DNA of 64,000 nt from a virus, in IMG/VR virus record IMGVR_UViG_3300044691_000347, positions 27,378 through 91,377 of that record. One strand, 5' to 3'. Below, piece by piece: positions 16,843-25,939 of the stretch (its first letter is position 1; every line of letters starts with the position of its first letter). The notes beneath the pieces were generated by a model, which saw only the letters and a program-made list of their open reading frames with translations, was not told where the DNA came from and ran no database searches. Position numbers and translations under genes: made by a program.

Positions 16843-17273
16843 GCTCTTATTGTCGCCCCTGACGCACACTCGCGTACGACGATTCCGGCTTTCTTCGCGC
16901 GGCGCACACAGTCCCATGTGCCGCGCGAACGAGGCATCGGGAAGGCTAGACATAGGTCGGCGCCGAGGTCGACCATCGCTTGGTTCCGGTATCCGCCGGC
17001 GGCTTGGCAGTAGGGTGTTCTGTCGCGCCGGAATCGTGGTGAGTGTTGGCATTCGGGGCGGCAGTGATCCCAGTCGGCGGGGTGTGGTTCGTCGAGGAGT
17101 CCGCCGCTGGTCCAGATGTCGGCGGCGAGGAGATCGGCGCCGTCTGCTGCACCGTGTACGAGGATGATCGGCCCGGGTTGTAGGTCGCGCCAAGCTTGGG
17201 CGAGAGCGTCCCGCATCGTGTCTCGGTCGGTCCAGTCACGGGAGCCTGTGACAAGGAGTCGGCGAACGCTCAT
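16839..17273 (-). CDS. SLOG-superfamily (DUF2493/YspA-like) protein
   Basis: LLVTGSRDW, VHGAADGAD, AGGYRNQAMVD and SRGTWDC motifs. Confidence 0.85.
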   Translation of the reverse strand: MSVRRLLVTGSRDWTDRDTMRDALAQAWRDLQPGPIILVHGAADGADLLAADIWTSGGLLDEPHPADWDHCRPECQHSPRFRRDRTPYCQAAGGYRNQAMVDLGADLCLAFPMPRSRGTWDCVRRAKKAGIVVRECASGATIRA

Positions 17274-17422
17274 CGTCGTTTCCGGCAGTGTCGGCACCGG
17301 TGCAGGATACAGCCGCGTTCGATGAACGGGTACGCCCAGTCGGGCGGTTCGACGTGATGGAATTCGAGCGCCCAGCGGTGTCGTCCGACCTTGCAGCGCA
17401 GGCGATCCCAACGGGTAGTCAC
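17270..17422 (-). CDS. small Cys/His protein
   Basis: CKVGRHRW...CRHC. Confidence 0.5.
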   Translation of the reverse strand: MTTRWDRLRCKVGRHRWALEFHHVEPPDWAYPFIERGCILHRCRHCRKRR

Positions 17423-17757
17423 GCCGCGTCCGCCTCGTAGTCGCTCACGCTGTCGGCTGGCCGTTCGAAGGTGTCGGCACCGCATTGCGGGCACTGCCGG
17501 ACCATCAGCTTCCGTGTCGGCGGCCGCCATGCGCGAAAAAACAAACCAGCAGGCGGAATGTACCTGGACCAGTGTGACGAGTAGAAGCAAAGCAGGTACT
17601 TGTAGGTGAGCATCCCGAACAAGCATTTCGGGCATTCACGAGTCGAGCCGGCTAGTGGCAGTTGCGTGAACGCGGTCGCGGCCCGCTCTTCGTCTTCGCG
17701 CTCGGCTTCATCGAGCCAGCGACAATCTTCGGGTGTCCGTTCGATACCCAGCATCAC
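17419..17757 (-). CDS. Zn-ribbon hypothetical protein
   Basis: CPKC...CPQCG. Confidence 0.65.
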   Translation of the reverse strand: MMLGIERTPEDCRWLDEAEREDEERAATAFTQLPLAGSTRECPKCLFGMLTYKYLLCFYSSHWSRYIPPAGLFFRAWRPPTRKLMVRQCPQCGADTFERPADSVSDYEADAA

Positions 17758-18092
17758 ACCACCTCCACGTTGTGGCTGGTTTTCGCCCAGTCGGGGATGT
17801 CTGCGATAGCGGTGACCTGGCCGCCAGACGCGAATGAGGGAGGTTCGGTGAGGGCTTTATCGATGACGTCACCGAGCCTTTTACTCCACAGCTGATCATG
17901 CAGCCTGAAAATCCGCTGCACCGTCCACGGTGCACCAGGGATCAGGTCTCGGACTGTTTCAGCGGCTTCATCTATCTCTTTCCGGGGGCCATCTTGGATG
18001 GCGTCGACGAGCTTGAGTGCGGCGCCCCGAAGTTCAGTCAGTTCCGCGCGGAGTTTCTGGTTCTGTTTCTTCAGCGTCTTCTTACTGGGCAT
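17754..18092 (-). CDS. hypothetical protein
   Basis: ORF track; overlaps. Confidence 0.65.
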   Translation of the reverse strand: MPSKKTLKKQNQKLRAELTELRGAALKLVDAIQDGPRKEIDEAAETVRDLIPGAPWTVQRIFRLHDQLWSKRLGDVIDKALTEPPSFASGGQVTAIADIPDWAKTSHNVEVV

Positions 18093-18270
18093 CGACGTAC
18101 CTCTTCCGGATTCGACTGATACGGCAGGGATTTCGAAGTTTGCTCCATGCCTGCCAGAACGTGCTGTACCTCCAGATAGATTTGCAGTCCTCGCACATCC
18201 ACAAGTCCCCGAACGCTCCGCAAACCCCAGCAGGATATTTGCACAGATGATTCTGTCGAATGAACATCAA
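18082..18270 (-). CDS. small Cys-containing protein
   Basis: HLC...GDLWMCEDCKSIW; similar to 24804-25088. Confidence 0.55.
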   Translation of the reverse strand: MMFIRQNHLCKYPAGVCGAFGDLWMCEDCKSIWRYSTFWQAWSKLRNPCRISRIRKRYVDAQ

Positions 18271-18488
18271 CGCGCCTCGTCTTGGAGGTTGAGTGTGTAG
18301 GCGTTCCGCATGTCCCAGATCGACAGTCCGGGGTTGACTTTCTTCGCGGCCCGTTTAGCGCCCCAAAAGGTTCGGTAGCTTTGTCCGCTGTCGGCGACGA
18401 TGTTGCCGTTTTGGGCTACCCGCCTCCACCTATAGCGTCCGGCGCTATCACGATAGATTTCTAGGTCGTCGACTCTGGTTGCGTTCAT
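18267..18488 (-). CDS. YegP/DUF1508-like protein
   Basis: EIYRDSAGRYRWRRVAQNGNIVADSGQSY. Confidence 0.8.
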   Translation of the reverse strand: MNATRVDDLEIYRDSAGRYRWRRVAQNGNIVADSGQSYRTFWGAKRAAKKVNPGLSIWDMRNAYTLNLQDEAR

Positions 18489-18772
18489 ACTGTTTCGGTT
18501 CCTTCGATAGTCCACCAGTCAGTGACATACCGGCGTCCGCGGGCGAAACCCGGTTCGGTGGTGATCTTGAAGACGTTGGATTCCGTTGCGGTCGGCAGCA
18601 GATCGCCGAGAGCATCGACAGCCCCCGTGGCGATGCGCATCCACATTCGGCGAGAAGCACCATGGCAGTCTTCCCACACTATGCAGGTTTCTGCGGTTTC
18701 GGCAGCGGCTTGCTCATACTGCCATCGCGCAACCCGTTCGATCGCTTTCGTACGGATCTCGTCAGCGTTCAT
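18485..18772 (-). CDS. hypothetical protein
   Basis: MNADEIR...RRYVTDW. Confidence 0.65.
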   Translation of the reverse strand: MNADEIRTKAIERVARWQYEQAAAETAETCIVWEDCHGASRRMWMRIATGAVDALGDLLPTATESNVFKITTEPGFARGRRYVTDWWTIEGTETV

Positions 18773-19143
18773 GCTTGTTCCTTGCGTCGTGTGCATGCCC
18801 GCCCGATCGCGGCCTGTAGTTCCGGAGACGGGCGAGCGTCACTGGCTGCCATCTGAGCGAGCGCGCCAGGTGGGACGACTGTTCTGTCGATCCTGTGGAG
18901 TCGTGCGAGGTCGGCCCGGTAGACGGCCTCGTACCGGAACCACGAGCCGACGGAAATGCCGGTGACACGCGCCAGGCGGACCGCAGTGTCCCTCGTGATG
19001 GATGTGCGCCCGTTGACGATGTCGTCGACCTGTTCGCGGCTGTACCCCAGGAGATCCGCGGCGCGCTGCCGGGTCAAGCCGCGCTCGTCGATCCATTCCT
19101 TCAGGTACTCGCCCGGAGCGACGGCATAGTTGGTTTCGGTCAC
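18769..19143 (-). CDS. HigA-family HTH antitoxin-like protein (no adjacent toxin)
   Basis: YAVAPGEYLKEW...GLTRQRAADLLG...IVNGRTSITRDTAVRLARVTG...W. Confidence 0.8.
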   Translation of the reverse strand: MTETNYAVAPGEYLKEWIDERGLTRQRAADLLGYSREQVDDIVNGRTSITRDTAVRLARVTGISVGSWFRYEAVYRADLARLHRIDRTVVPPGALAQMAASDARPSPELQAAIGRACTRRKEQA

Positions 19144-19391
19144 GTTTCGTCTCCTGATGTTCCGCGCATGGCTTCCCCGATCTGCTCAAACGCTTTGCCG
19201 GCGGATGTCGTCCAGTCTTTGAGTGCTTCATGGAAGGCGTGATGCTGTTCTCGGTCGAGGACGGGCACACCGCACAGGCGGCACACGTACAGGTCGAGAT
19301 GAGTGAATGCGGCATCTACCTGTTCAGCCTTCTGCCGCTCGTATTGCTGCACCATGGCAACGAATTCGTCGTAGCTGTGGTCGTCGCTCAC
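19140..19391 (-). CDS. hypothetical protein
   Basis: CRLCG...HHAFH. Confidence 0.6.
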   Translation of the reverse strand: MSDDHSYDEFVAMVQQYERQKAEQVDAAFTHLDLYVCRLCGVPVLDREQHHAFHEALKDWTTSAGKAFEQIGEAMRGTSGDET

Positions 19392-19570
19392 CCGGACACC
19401 ACCAGCATGAATCCGGTGAGCGCGAAGATGATGACAGCGCACGCCGCTTGGCCGATAGCGAAGACCCGGGCGACCTCGCGGACACCCTCACGCGGCGCGA
19501 ACTTGCCGACCAGGCCAGCTACCGCGATGACCGTGAACCACACGCCGATCGGAACAGCAGACGGGTTCAT
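19388..19570 (-). CDS. small two-TM membrane protein
   Basis: Hydrophobic stretches; overlaps. Confidence 0.6.
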   Translation of the reverse strand: MNPSAVPIGVWFTVIAVAGLVGKFAPREGVREVARVFAIGQAACAVIIFALTGFMLVVSG

Positions 19571-19722
19571 GCTGCTGCCTCTCCTTGGTTCCCGAACTTT
19601 TCGTTGAGGGCGTCGAACATGGATTGCCGGATCATCGGCCCGATCGGCTCGGTTTCGATCCCCATGTCGTCGTCACACTCGTAGCCGTCGAGATATTGAG
19701 GAAACCTGTCGCGGAGGCTCAT
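19567..19722 (-). CDS. small hypothetical protein
   Basis: Hand translation MSLRDRFPQYLDG; fills a gap with ATGA overlaps. Confidence 0.5.
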   Translation of the reverse strand: MSLRDRFPQYLDGYECDDDMGIETEPIGPMIRQSMFDALNEKFGNQGEAAA

Positions 19723-19934
19723 GACTGGTCCCACAAGTGTCCGGTTTTGTCTTCGAGGCGTTCAATCCGCTTCATGAGGTCGATCATCATTTCGACCAAC
19801 GGTGACGGCTTGGTCAGTTCCTGCTTCACTTCGTCTTCGGTCAACGGATGGAAATCCGGTGCACGCCGAACGATCGGGTGCCGGTATGGGTGCGGGAATA
19901 CTGGTTTGCCGCATACTGTGCACGTGTCGGTCAT
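19719..19934 (-). CDS. hypothetical protein
   Basis: MTDTCTVCGKP...HPYRHP. Confidence 0.6.
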   Translation of the reverse strand: MTDTCTVCGKPVFPHPYRHPIVRRAPDFHPLTEDEVKQELTKPSPLVEMMIDLMKRIERLEDKTGHLWDQS

Positions 19935-20434
19935 GTCCTGTAACCGTTCATTCCGAGCCGCGTCATGAGCTTGTCGTGCCACTCCTGATCGGAGCTGTAG
20001 CCTTCGGCCTCCAGTTCGCCGATAGCGCCCGCAATCCCGTCAACGATGGTGGAGGTGAATGCGTGATCGTTGGCGGCCTGCTGGGCTCTGCGGGCACGTT
20101 CGGTGGCTTCACGTTCAGCTTGTCGGCGAGGTTCGTCGAACCAGTCGAGGAGACTATTCAACGGCAAACCCTCATAGGCGCTGAAGTCTCGGGTTCGGTT
20201 ACCGCATTCGACGCGGAGATAGTTGTCGATGCTGTAGCAGGTGTGGCAGCCGCCGGACTCTTCCTGGTATTCGACGAAGTAGACGGGTTCGTCGGTCGCA
20301 CCGAACCGCTCCCGAACCCTGTCGGCAAGTTCCCCGGTGATGAGGGTGCGTTTGAATTCGAGGTCAATATCGCGTTCGTCCGATTCCTCAACCCATTTCC
20401 GTACGGGTGTGGAGGTGTAGTCGGGCTCGATCAT
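19931..20434 (-). CDS. hypothetical protein
   Basis: MIEPDY; shares GELAD(R/Q)(V/I)R with the upstream gene. Confidence 0.7.
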   Translation of the reverse strand: MIEPDYTSTPVRKWVEESDERDIDLEFKRTLITGELADRVRERFGATDEPVYFVEYQEESGGCHTCYSIDNYLRVECGNRTRDFSAYEGLPLNSLLDWFDEPRRQAEREATERARRAQQAANDHAFTSTIVDGIAGAIGELEAEGYSSDQEWHDKLMTRLGMNGYRT

Positions 20435-20838
20435 GCTGTTCCCTCCAGCCATGCGCGGATCAGGTCCCAGTCGTAGTCGCCGTGCCGGTCGCGGGCAATA
20501 CAGGCGTCTCGCGGGGTGTCGCCGTCGCAGATCACGTTCATGATCACTTGACAAGCGGTCATGTCGTACATGTCGGCGATGATCCGGACAGGCGCGTCGG
20601 GTTTGGCATCGAGCCTTCGCCGGATTTGATCCGCTAACTCACCGACAACCGACATTGTCGGATAGGTCGAGTTGGGTTCCCTGTTCTCGACTGTCCACGC
20701 CTGCCATTCTTCGAGCGTCGACACGGCGCGGCTAGCGTCACGCATGATCTGTGCGGCCTGCTGGCGTCGCTGCTCGACTTGTTCCGGGGTCAGCTTGCGT
20801 CGGATGGGATGCAGATCTTCATCCGTTAGCGCGCTCAT
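20431..20838 (-). CDS. hypothetical protein
   Basis: ORF track; overlaps. Confidence 0.7.
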   Translation of the reverse strand: MSALTDEDLHPIRRKLTPEQVEQRRQQAAQIMRDASRAVSTLEEWQAWTVENREPNSTYPTMSVVGELADQIRRRLDAKPDAPVRIIADMYDMTACQVIMNVICDGDTPRDACIARDRHGDYDWDLIRAWLEGTA

Positions 20839-21089
20839 GCGGGCTGCTCCGGATCGTTTTCGAAGGGGTGCGGCCAGGTGAGTATCTGCGTCAAGAACTC
20901 GATGTCTCGAACGGGCTCGCCGTTCTCGATGCGACCGGACCAGCGTTCCCCACTGCTGTAGTCGATCGTCATGTTGCGGCCATCAATCAACGCTTCCGCA
21001 GGCGGTGGCCCATCCCAGCTGCCGATCAGGTTGAAGTCTTTGTCCCACAACCTGTATCCCGACGGGGGAACGCCTCCCTCAGTGCTCAT
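20835..21089 (-). CDS. hypothetical protein
   Basis: ORF track; overlaps. Confidence 0.6.
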   Translation of the reverse strand: MSTEGGVPPSGYRLWDKDFNLIGSWDGPPPAEALIDGRNMTIDYSSGERWSGRIENGEPVRDIEFLTQILTWPHPFENDPEQPA

Positions 21090-21295
21090 GCTGTCTTCTC
21101 CTGGAGTTCGGCGACGTCCATGACGGTCGGTCGCGGGTCTAATGTGCTGTCACGGATGCGGGTGACGGTGTAGCAGAAGTCGGGATGTCGGTTGAGCCAG
21201 CTCGTTAGTTCGTGCTTGACTGTGAATCCGGCAATGATCCGATCGCCCGAATTATGTTGCTCGGCAACGACGTAGATGTACTGTGAGCGCGCCAT
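21086..21295 (-). CDS. hypothetical protein
   Basis: MARSQYIYVV...AGFTVKHEL. Confidence 0.7.
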   Translation of the reverse strand: MARSQYIYVVAEQHNSGDRIIAGFTVKHELTSWLNRHPDFCYTVTRIRDSTLDPRPTVMDVAELQEKTA

Positions 21296-21297
21296 AC

Positions 21298-21504
21298 TTA
21301 GCCTCCGACCGTAATATTGACGGTTAGGGAATGCAGCGCGAACCAGCCGAGAAACACAGTGGTCGTTGCCAGGGCAGCCCAGAATGTGACGTACCAGAAC
21401 GGGATAACGTACTCACCCCACGAATCGAAGGCTCCAGCGATCGTCGCAGACAGTGCCACGAGTAGCACCCACAGCGCGACAGCAATCCAGAAGGTTGTGA
21501 TCAT
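21298..21504 (-). CDS. small two-TM membrane protein
   Basis: Two hydrophobic helices. Confidence 0.65.
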   Translation of the reverse strand: MITTFWIAVALWVLLVALSATIAGAFDSWGEYVIPFWYVTFWAALATTTVFLGWFALHSLTVNITVGG

Positions 21505-23312
21505 GCGGCTTGCTCCGTCGTATCGTTTGTGGCGTAGAAGGATTCGAGGGGGCGGCCAGCGAACGCGGCGAGCATCCGGAGGGTTTCGATGATGTGCTGT
21601 GGCACGAGTCCACCTGCGATCTCATGTATCCGGCAGCCGTCGAGGTTCAGCCCACGCAACACGTCTTCCGGATGGGACCGCTCCAGATCGACGATGATCG
21701 GGTGCCTGATTCCGTGCTGCCGCGCGTACCGCCTGGCATCGCCGGATCGGCTGGCGATGATGATGTGTCGTTGATCAGACGGGCTGTATCCGGGGATCCG
21801 CGCATATTCGGCGAGGATGGCGTCTCGTTCGCTGTCGCCCGCCAAAGTGGCTGCCGTATGCATGTTCCGTACGAAGCCGACGGCGGCCGTAATGTCGCTG
21901 CCTTCGTCGGTCGGCGTGAAGGTGACCGCGTTGCGATCGACCGTGCCGATCTCCTGCCAGCCGCCATCGCGGAGCGCCTGCCAGCCGAGCGAATCCGTCA
22001 GGTCAGCACCTACCGGAGCGGCCAGTAGGCTTGCCGGCTGCGGGTCGCCAGGCAGCCAGCGGCGCAACGTGATCGGTGCTGGTGCATCCGGTTGTGTCGC
22101 AGGAGCGTTCACCGGGCGGAACACGACATTGCGTGTGACCGTGTTGAATCCGGCAAGCTGGTAGCTGGTCGTGGACATCTGAGCTGTCGGCTCTACAGGC
22201 TCGCGGAAGGATGTAATCCGGACCGGGTTCCGAACGTTGATCCGGTCGAACGTCCGCAGGTCGCCCGCTTCCTGCGTGTGCCCGTTCGCGGGTCCATCGC
22301 GCAACTCGACTTGCTCTGATCGTGGCTGGCGCCAACGGACTTCGATCACGCGCATGTGGCGCGATCGGTCGCGCTCTACCTCGCAGTAGACGAGATCCCG
22401 TGAGTCGATCCACACTCCCGGAAAGTGTGTGCGAGCTTCGCGCGTGAATGTGTGGGCCATCTCCTCGTTCAGATGGTTTCGCATGCTCGCATACACCTCT
22501 TCTACGACAGTGAGGCAGAAGATCAACTGTTCGAGTCGCCGCACATGCGCGAGGTCGAGGATCGCGGTCTCATCACGCAAATACCAGTTACCTGTGACGG
22601 GCGGTGTCTCGCAGTGGATTTCCATCCACTCGTCGCCGGTTTCGCGATTGAATCCGCTGATAGCGCTGGCGCACACGTCATAATCGGGCCGCATCAATAT
22701 TCGTTCGTGTCCAGCGATAACGCGGGTGGCCGCCGGGAACATCACACGCCCGGGTACCGTATAGTTGACCTCGCGGTAACGTTCAGTGTCCAGGCGGATC
22801 CCGTGTCGGCGCACGTCGTCGCAACGCCACCATTGCGGACCGTGCGTCAGTGTGGACGCGGAGCCGGTGAGTGGTTGCCAGCTGCTGCCGTTGGGCAGGA
22901 ACGGGTTCGGCATCCACAACTGGCTGTCGCCGAGTGGGTCGTCCGGAATATCCCACGTCCCCAACCGCAATGCCAGGTCTCTCAGCGTATAGCCGCGCGG
23001 CACAGCATTCGGTGTGGCCGCATATTCTGGTGCGCTCGGAGACTCTGGTACGGGCGGCGTAAATTCGCCGTCGAACGATGATCCGGGGCAGATGACGGGC
23101 GTGTCGTCTTCGCTGTACCGATAGTCTTCGTCGTAGGAACCGGACCATCGCATCTGCTCGATGTTCTGGGTGATCGCGAGCCCGTGCCATTCGCGGTCAC
23201 ACCATGAGTGTGGGCATTCCGGGAACGTGGGATCGTCGAAGTCGTATCCGGTTTCCGGCTCGCCCTGGGCAAGCTGTTCGTCGATGGCGTCGACAATGTC
23301 ACGGTCAGTCAT
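21501..23312 (-). CDS. large mosaic hypothetical protein (603 aa)
   Basis: Long ORF in operon orientation; several apparent small domains joined by Pro-rich linkers. Confidence 0.8.
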   Translation of the reverse strand: MTDRDIVDAIDEQLAQGEPETGYDFDDPTFPECPHSWCDREWHGLAITQNIEQMRWSGSYDEDYRYSEDDTPVICPGSSFDGEFTPPVPESPSAPEYAATPNAVPRGYTLRDLALRLGTWDIPDDPLGDSQLWMPNPFLPNGSSWQPLTGSASTLTHGPQWWRCDDVRRHGIRLDTERYREVNYTVPGRVMFPAATRVIAGHERILMRPDYDVCASAISGFNRETGDEWMEIHCETPPVTGNWYLRDETAILDLAHVRRLEQLIFCLTVVEEVYASMRNHLNEEMAHTFTREARTHFPGVWIDSRDLVYCEVERDRSRHMRVIEVRWRQPRSEQVELRDGPANGHTQEAGDLRTFDRINVRNPVRITSFREPVEPTAQMSTTSYQLAGFNTVTRNVVFRPVNAPATQPDAPAPITLRRWLPGDPQPASLLAAPVGADLTDSLGWQALRDGGWQEIGTVDRNAVTFTPTDEGSDITAAVGFVRNMHTAATLAGDSERDAILAEYARIPGYSPSDQRHIIIASRSGDARRYARQHGIRHPIIVDLERSHPEDVLRGLNLDGCRIHEIAGGLVPQHIIETLRMLAAFAGRPLESFYATNDTTEQAA

Positions 23313-23653
23313 TCGGTGGCGTCCCGGGATCTCGTGAAATCGATTCGATCAGGTTGTGGACATCTTGCGCAAGCGAAAGGCTTTGCGTCGCATACTCCAG
23401 AGGCCCTTGCCGATCGAAACTCGCTACAGTTCGGCGGATAGCCGCGTTACGGAGTCTCGTCAGCAATCGAATATCTTCGTTCACAAACCAATTATCATCG
23501 CCGAGTCAAACCCGGATTCTCACTTTCACATCAGGTTGAGCAGCGTCAGCACGAACAGGACGACGGCGAGTGCGAACAGGCCGCTGATGGTGCCGTAGAA
23601 CTGCCAAGCAGGTATCACGTTCGGTCCGAAGAACACGTTTCTACGTTTGGGTG

Positions 23654-24058
23654 TCACGTCGTTTCCTCGGTGTAGATGTCGGCGAGGGCCCGGATGTATT
23701 CGCACGGCCACGTTTCATATTCTGGCTCGGAGTCGCCGGCGAACGGCAGTGTCGAACATGCCTCGCACGCCCGAATCTCGATCACACGATTTTCCGCGGA
23801 CCGCGTTTGGACGAACACGCCGTCACCGTAACCGGTCAACGGTGCATGCTCACGCAGGATCAGACGCTTCAACGCGACTTCACGCGGCACACGGCGAGGG
23901 TCACAAGCATCTCTGATCGTGCCGGGAATGTGAATGTCGGCGATGCTGATGCCGTACATGTCACGATCCAGTTCGCGTACTCGTAGTTCGTTTTTCGCAC
24001 GCTTCTCGTCTTCCGCGAGGCCAGCAGTCAGGCGGGCGAGCGGATCATCGACGGTCAC
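23654..24058 (-). CDS. hypothetical protein (DUF6221-like)
   Basis: LAEDE...DPRRVPREVALKRLILREH...C..C...WPCEYIRALADIY. Confidence 0.7.
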   Translation of the reverse strand: MTVDDPLARLTAGLAEDEKRAKNELRVRELDRDMYGISIADIHIPGTIRDACDPRRVPREVALKRLILREHAPLTGYGDGVFVQTRSAENRVIEIRACEACSTLPFAGDSEPEYETWPCEYIRALADIYTEETT

Positions 24059-24318
24059 GTGTTCACTTCCGGATCGTGTTCAGTCTGGGTGAACGGGTGC
24101 GACGATTGAACGGTGATGCCCCGGGCACCATTACATGGATTGGCCGGATGATCCGAGCAGGGCGTCCCTACCGGTTCGGCGTGGAAGCCGTACGGATCGA
24201 CCGGGCAGTTGTGAAGCCTGCGCTGCCAGCCGTCGGAATGGACCCAACTGTTGCCGGCGGTGGGACTTTGCTGGATGGGGCCGTCGCAGTGCTTGCAGAT
24301 GGTCTGCTTCTCGCTCAT
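24055..24318 (-). CDS. Cys/His hypothetical protein
   Basis: CKHCDGPI...WVH. Confidence 0.6.
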   Translation of the reverse strand: MSEKQTICKHCDGPIQQSPTAGNSWVHSDGWQRRLHNCPVDPYGFHAEPVGTPCSDHPANPCNGARGITVQSSHPFTQTEHDPEVNT

Positions 24319-24545
24319 CAGTAGTTCACCCATACTTCGATGTTTTTCGATGCTTCGTAGTGGAAGGTTTCGACACAGTTTTGGGCGGCGATACAGTAGT
24401 GGTCGGTGGCGTCGGCGCTGAGTTTCGACCACTTCGGCAAGTCGGGGTCACCCAAGCGGATTCGCTGGTACATGACTTTCGCCGCTTTCACGATGGTCGG
24501 GGACCATTCGGAGGTCCGGAACTTACCGGTCGTGCTGTCACTCAC
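24318..24545 (-). CDS. hypothetical protein
   Basis: GTG start; packing. Confidence 0.5.
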   Translation of the reverse strand: MSDSTTGKFRTSEWSPTIVKAAKVMYQRIRLGDPDLPKWSKLSADATDHYCIAAQNCVETFHYEASKNIEVWVNY

Positions 24546-24803
24546 CGCGCACCCCACGTCCACATGCCGAGCAGATGCAGGGGCGCGGTATGGAACAGCC
24601 ACGGCAGGTAGATAGCGGTCGAATCATGATTGGGCAGTGCGGGGTTCACGATGTCTCCTCGTTGTCGTTGGGCCAAGAGTTGAAGCAAATGCCTTCGCTG
24701 TGGTCGCCGTCGTGGCCTTGGTTGAATCCGCATAAGTACTTGATGGTCGGGTGCGGCTCGTGACACATGGGCTCATCCACCGGAAACCAGCGACGGTTAC
24801 GGT

Positions 24804-25088
24804 TCACTGGATCTCCTGGAGGTAGCGGCGCCGGTAGTATCGGGCGCGTATCGGGTTGACTTGGTTCCAGGTCCGGTAGTCGAAGAATGCGAGTTTGCGG
24901 ATGATCCAGACGGCAAGGCAGTCGTCACACATCCACAGGTAGCCGTCGTCGCCGGCAGCTTCGTTGATCCGGTCGTTCGGTCGCGGTGACGTCGACAGGG
25001 ATCCGGCGGGGCGTGGCGCGGGCCGCATCGGTGGCAAGCATGTGTGTGACGCTGGCGGCGGTTCTGGAGCCATTCTCAGCCATGTCAC
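24804..25088 (-). CDS. hypothetical protein
   Basis: HTC...GYLWMCDDCLAVW. Confidence 0.6.
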   Translation of the reverse strand: MTWLRMAPEPPPASHTCLPPMRPAPRPAGSLSTSPRPNDRINEAAGDDGYLWMCDDCLAVWIIRKLAFFDYRTWNQVNPIRARYYRRRYLQEIQ

Positions 25089-25384
25089 TGAATCTCCTGG
25101 ATGTCGTTGAGTTCGATGTTTCCGTTGTACGGGAAACTGCCCGACTTCAACCGGTCCACCAGGTGGATTATCGCCGGTTCGAAAAACGTGCGCCGCAACG
25201 AATCCGGGTCGGCGAGATCGTTGGTCGACAGCCCGAATGTGACATCCGTGTGGTTTTGCCGGTCGAGGCTGAACATCTCGAAGCGCACGAACACGCCGCC
25301 CGGATTCTTCACGGCCATCCGCTCGAACGCTTCTTCATGCCCAACGGGAAGGGGCAGACCCTTGGCTGTTTCGCTGTCGCTCAC
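25085..25384 (-). CDS. hypothetical protein
   Basis: GGAGG RBS before VSDSETAK. Confidence 0.6.
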   Translation of the reverse strand: MSDSETAKGLPLPVGHEEAFERMAVKNPGGVFVRFEMFSLDRQNHTDVTFGLSTNDLADPDSLRRTFFEPAIIHLVDRLKSGSFPYNGNIELNDIQEIQ

Positions 25385-25483
25385 GTGCTTTCGCCTCCTG
25401 TGCGGCGAGCTGGACTCGCCGTCTTCATGCTTCGTGCGCATATCGCGGTATAAGTGTCTCTGCGGTGTCAAAGCCTCAATCTC

Positions 25484-25512
25484 TTGCATATTTAAACCCT
25501 AGGGTTTAAGCT
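25484..25512 (+). promoter_or_regulatory. SigA-like promoter containing a perfect 18-bp palindrome
   Basis: TTGCAT-N17-TAAGCT; TTAAACCCTAGGGTTTAA at 25492-25509. Confidence 0.75.
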
Positions 25513-25549
25513 GATGTCATCGCCGAAACCGACTGAAGGACACACCTGG

Positions 25550-25939
25550 ATGTATGAGTCGATGACTGATCGCGACGAGATCTCTGCCTCATCCCAGCTG
25601 GCGCACCGCGTAATCGCCCACCTCGCTGCGGACACCCCCGATACCCTGACCGACGTGTGGTGGCACGACGGTACCCCCGATCGTGAGATTGCCGTCATGG
25701 GAGGCTGGGACCAGGCCGACACCACCCCACGCGAGACTCTCGACTACGCCGTGATCAATTCGAACCTTGTCACCGTCTATTTCAACGGCGACCCCTCAGG
25801 TTCGGTGCGGTGGACTCTGTTCACCCAGCACGAAGACGAAAACGGTTTCGAGTACAAGACCGAGACCGCCGCAGGCGAATCCACCGGCGATCCCGCAGCC
25901 GTCATCGCCGCGATCCGGCAGGTTGCCGAGGCGCACTGA
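25550..25939 (+). CDS. acidic hypothetical protein
   Basis: GAAGGA RBS; first gene of the plus-strand cassette. Confidence 0.7.
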   Translation: MYESMTDRDEISASSQLAHRVIAHLAADTPDTLTDVWWHDGTPDREIAVMGGWDQADTTPRETLDYAVINSNLVTVYFNGDPSGSVRWTLFTQHEDENGFEYKTETAAGESTGDPAAVIAAIRQVAEAH

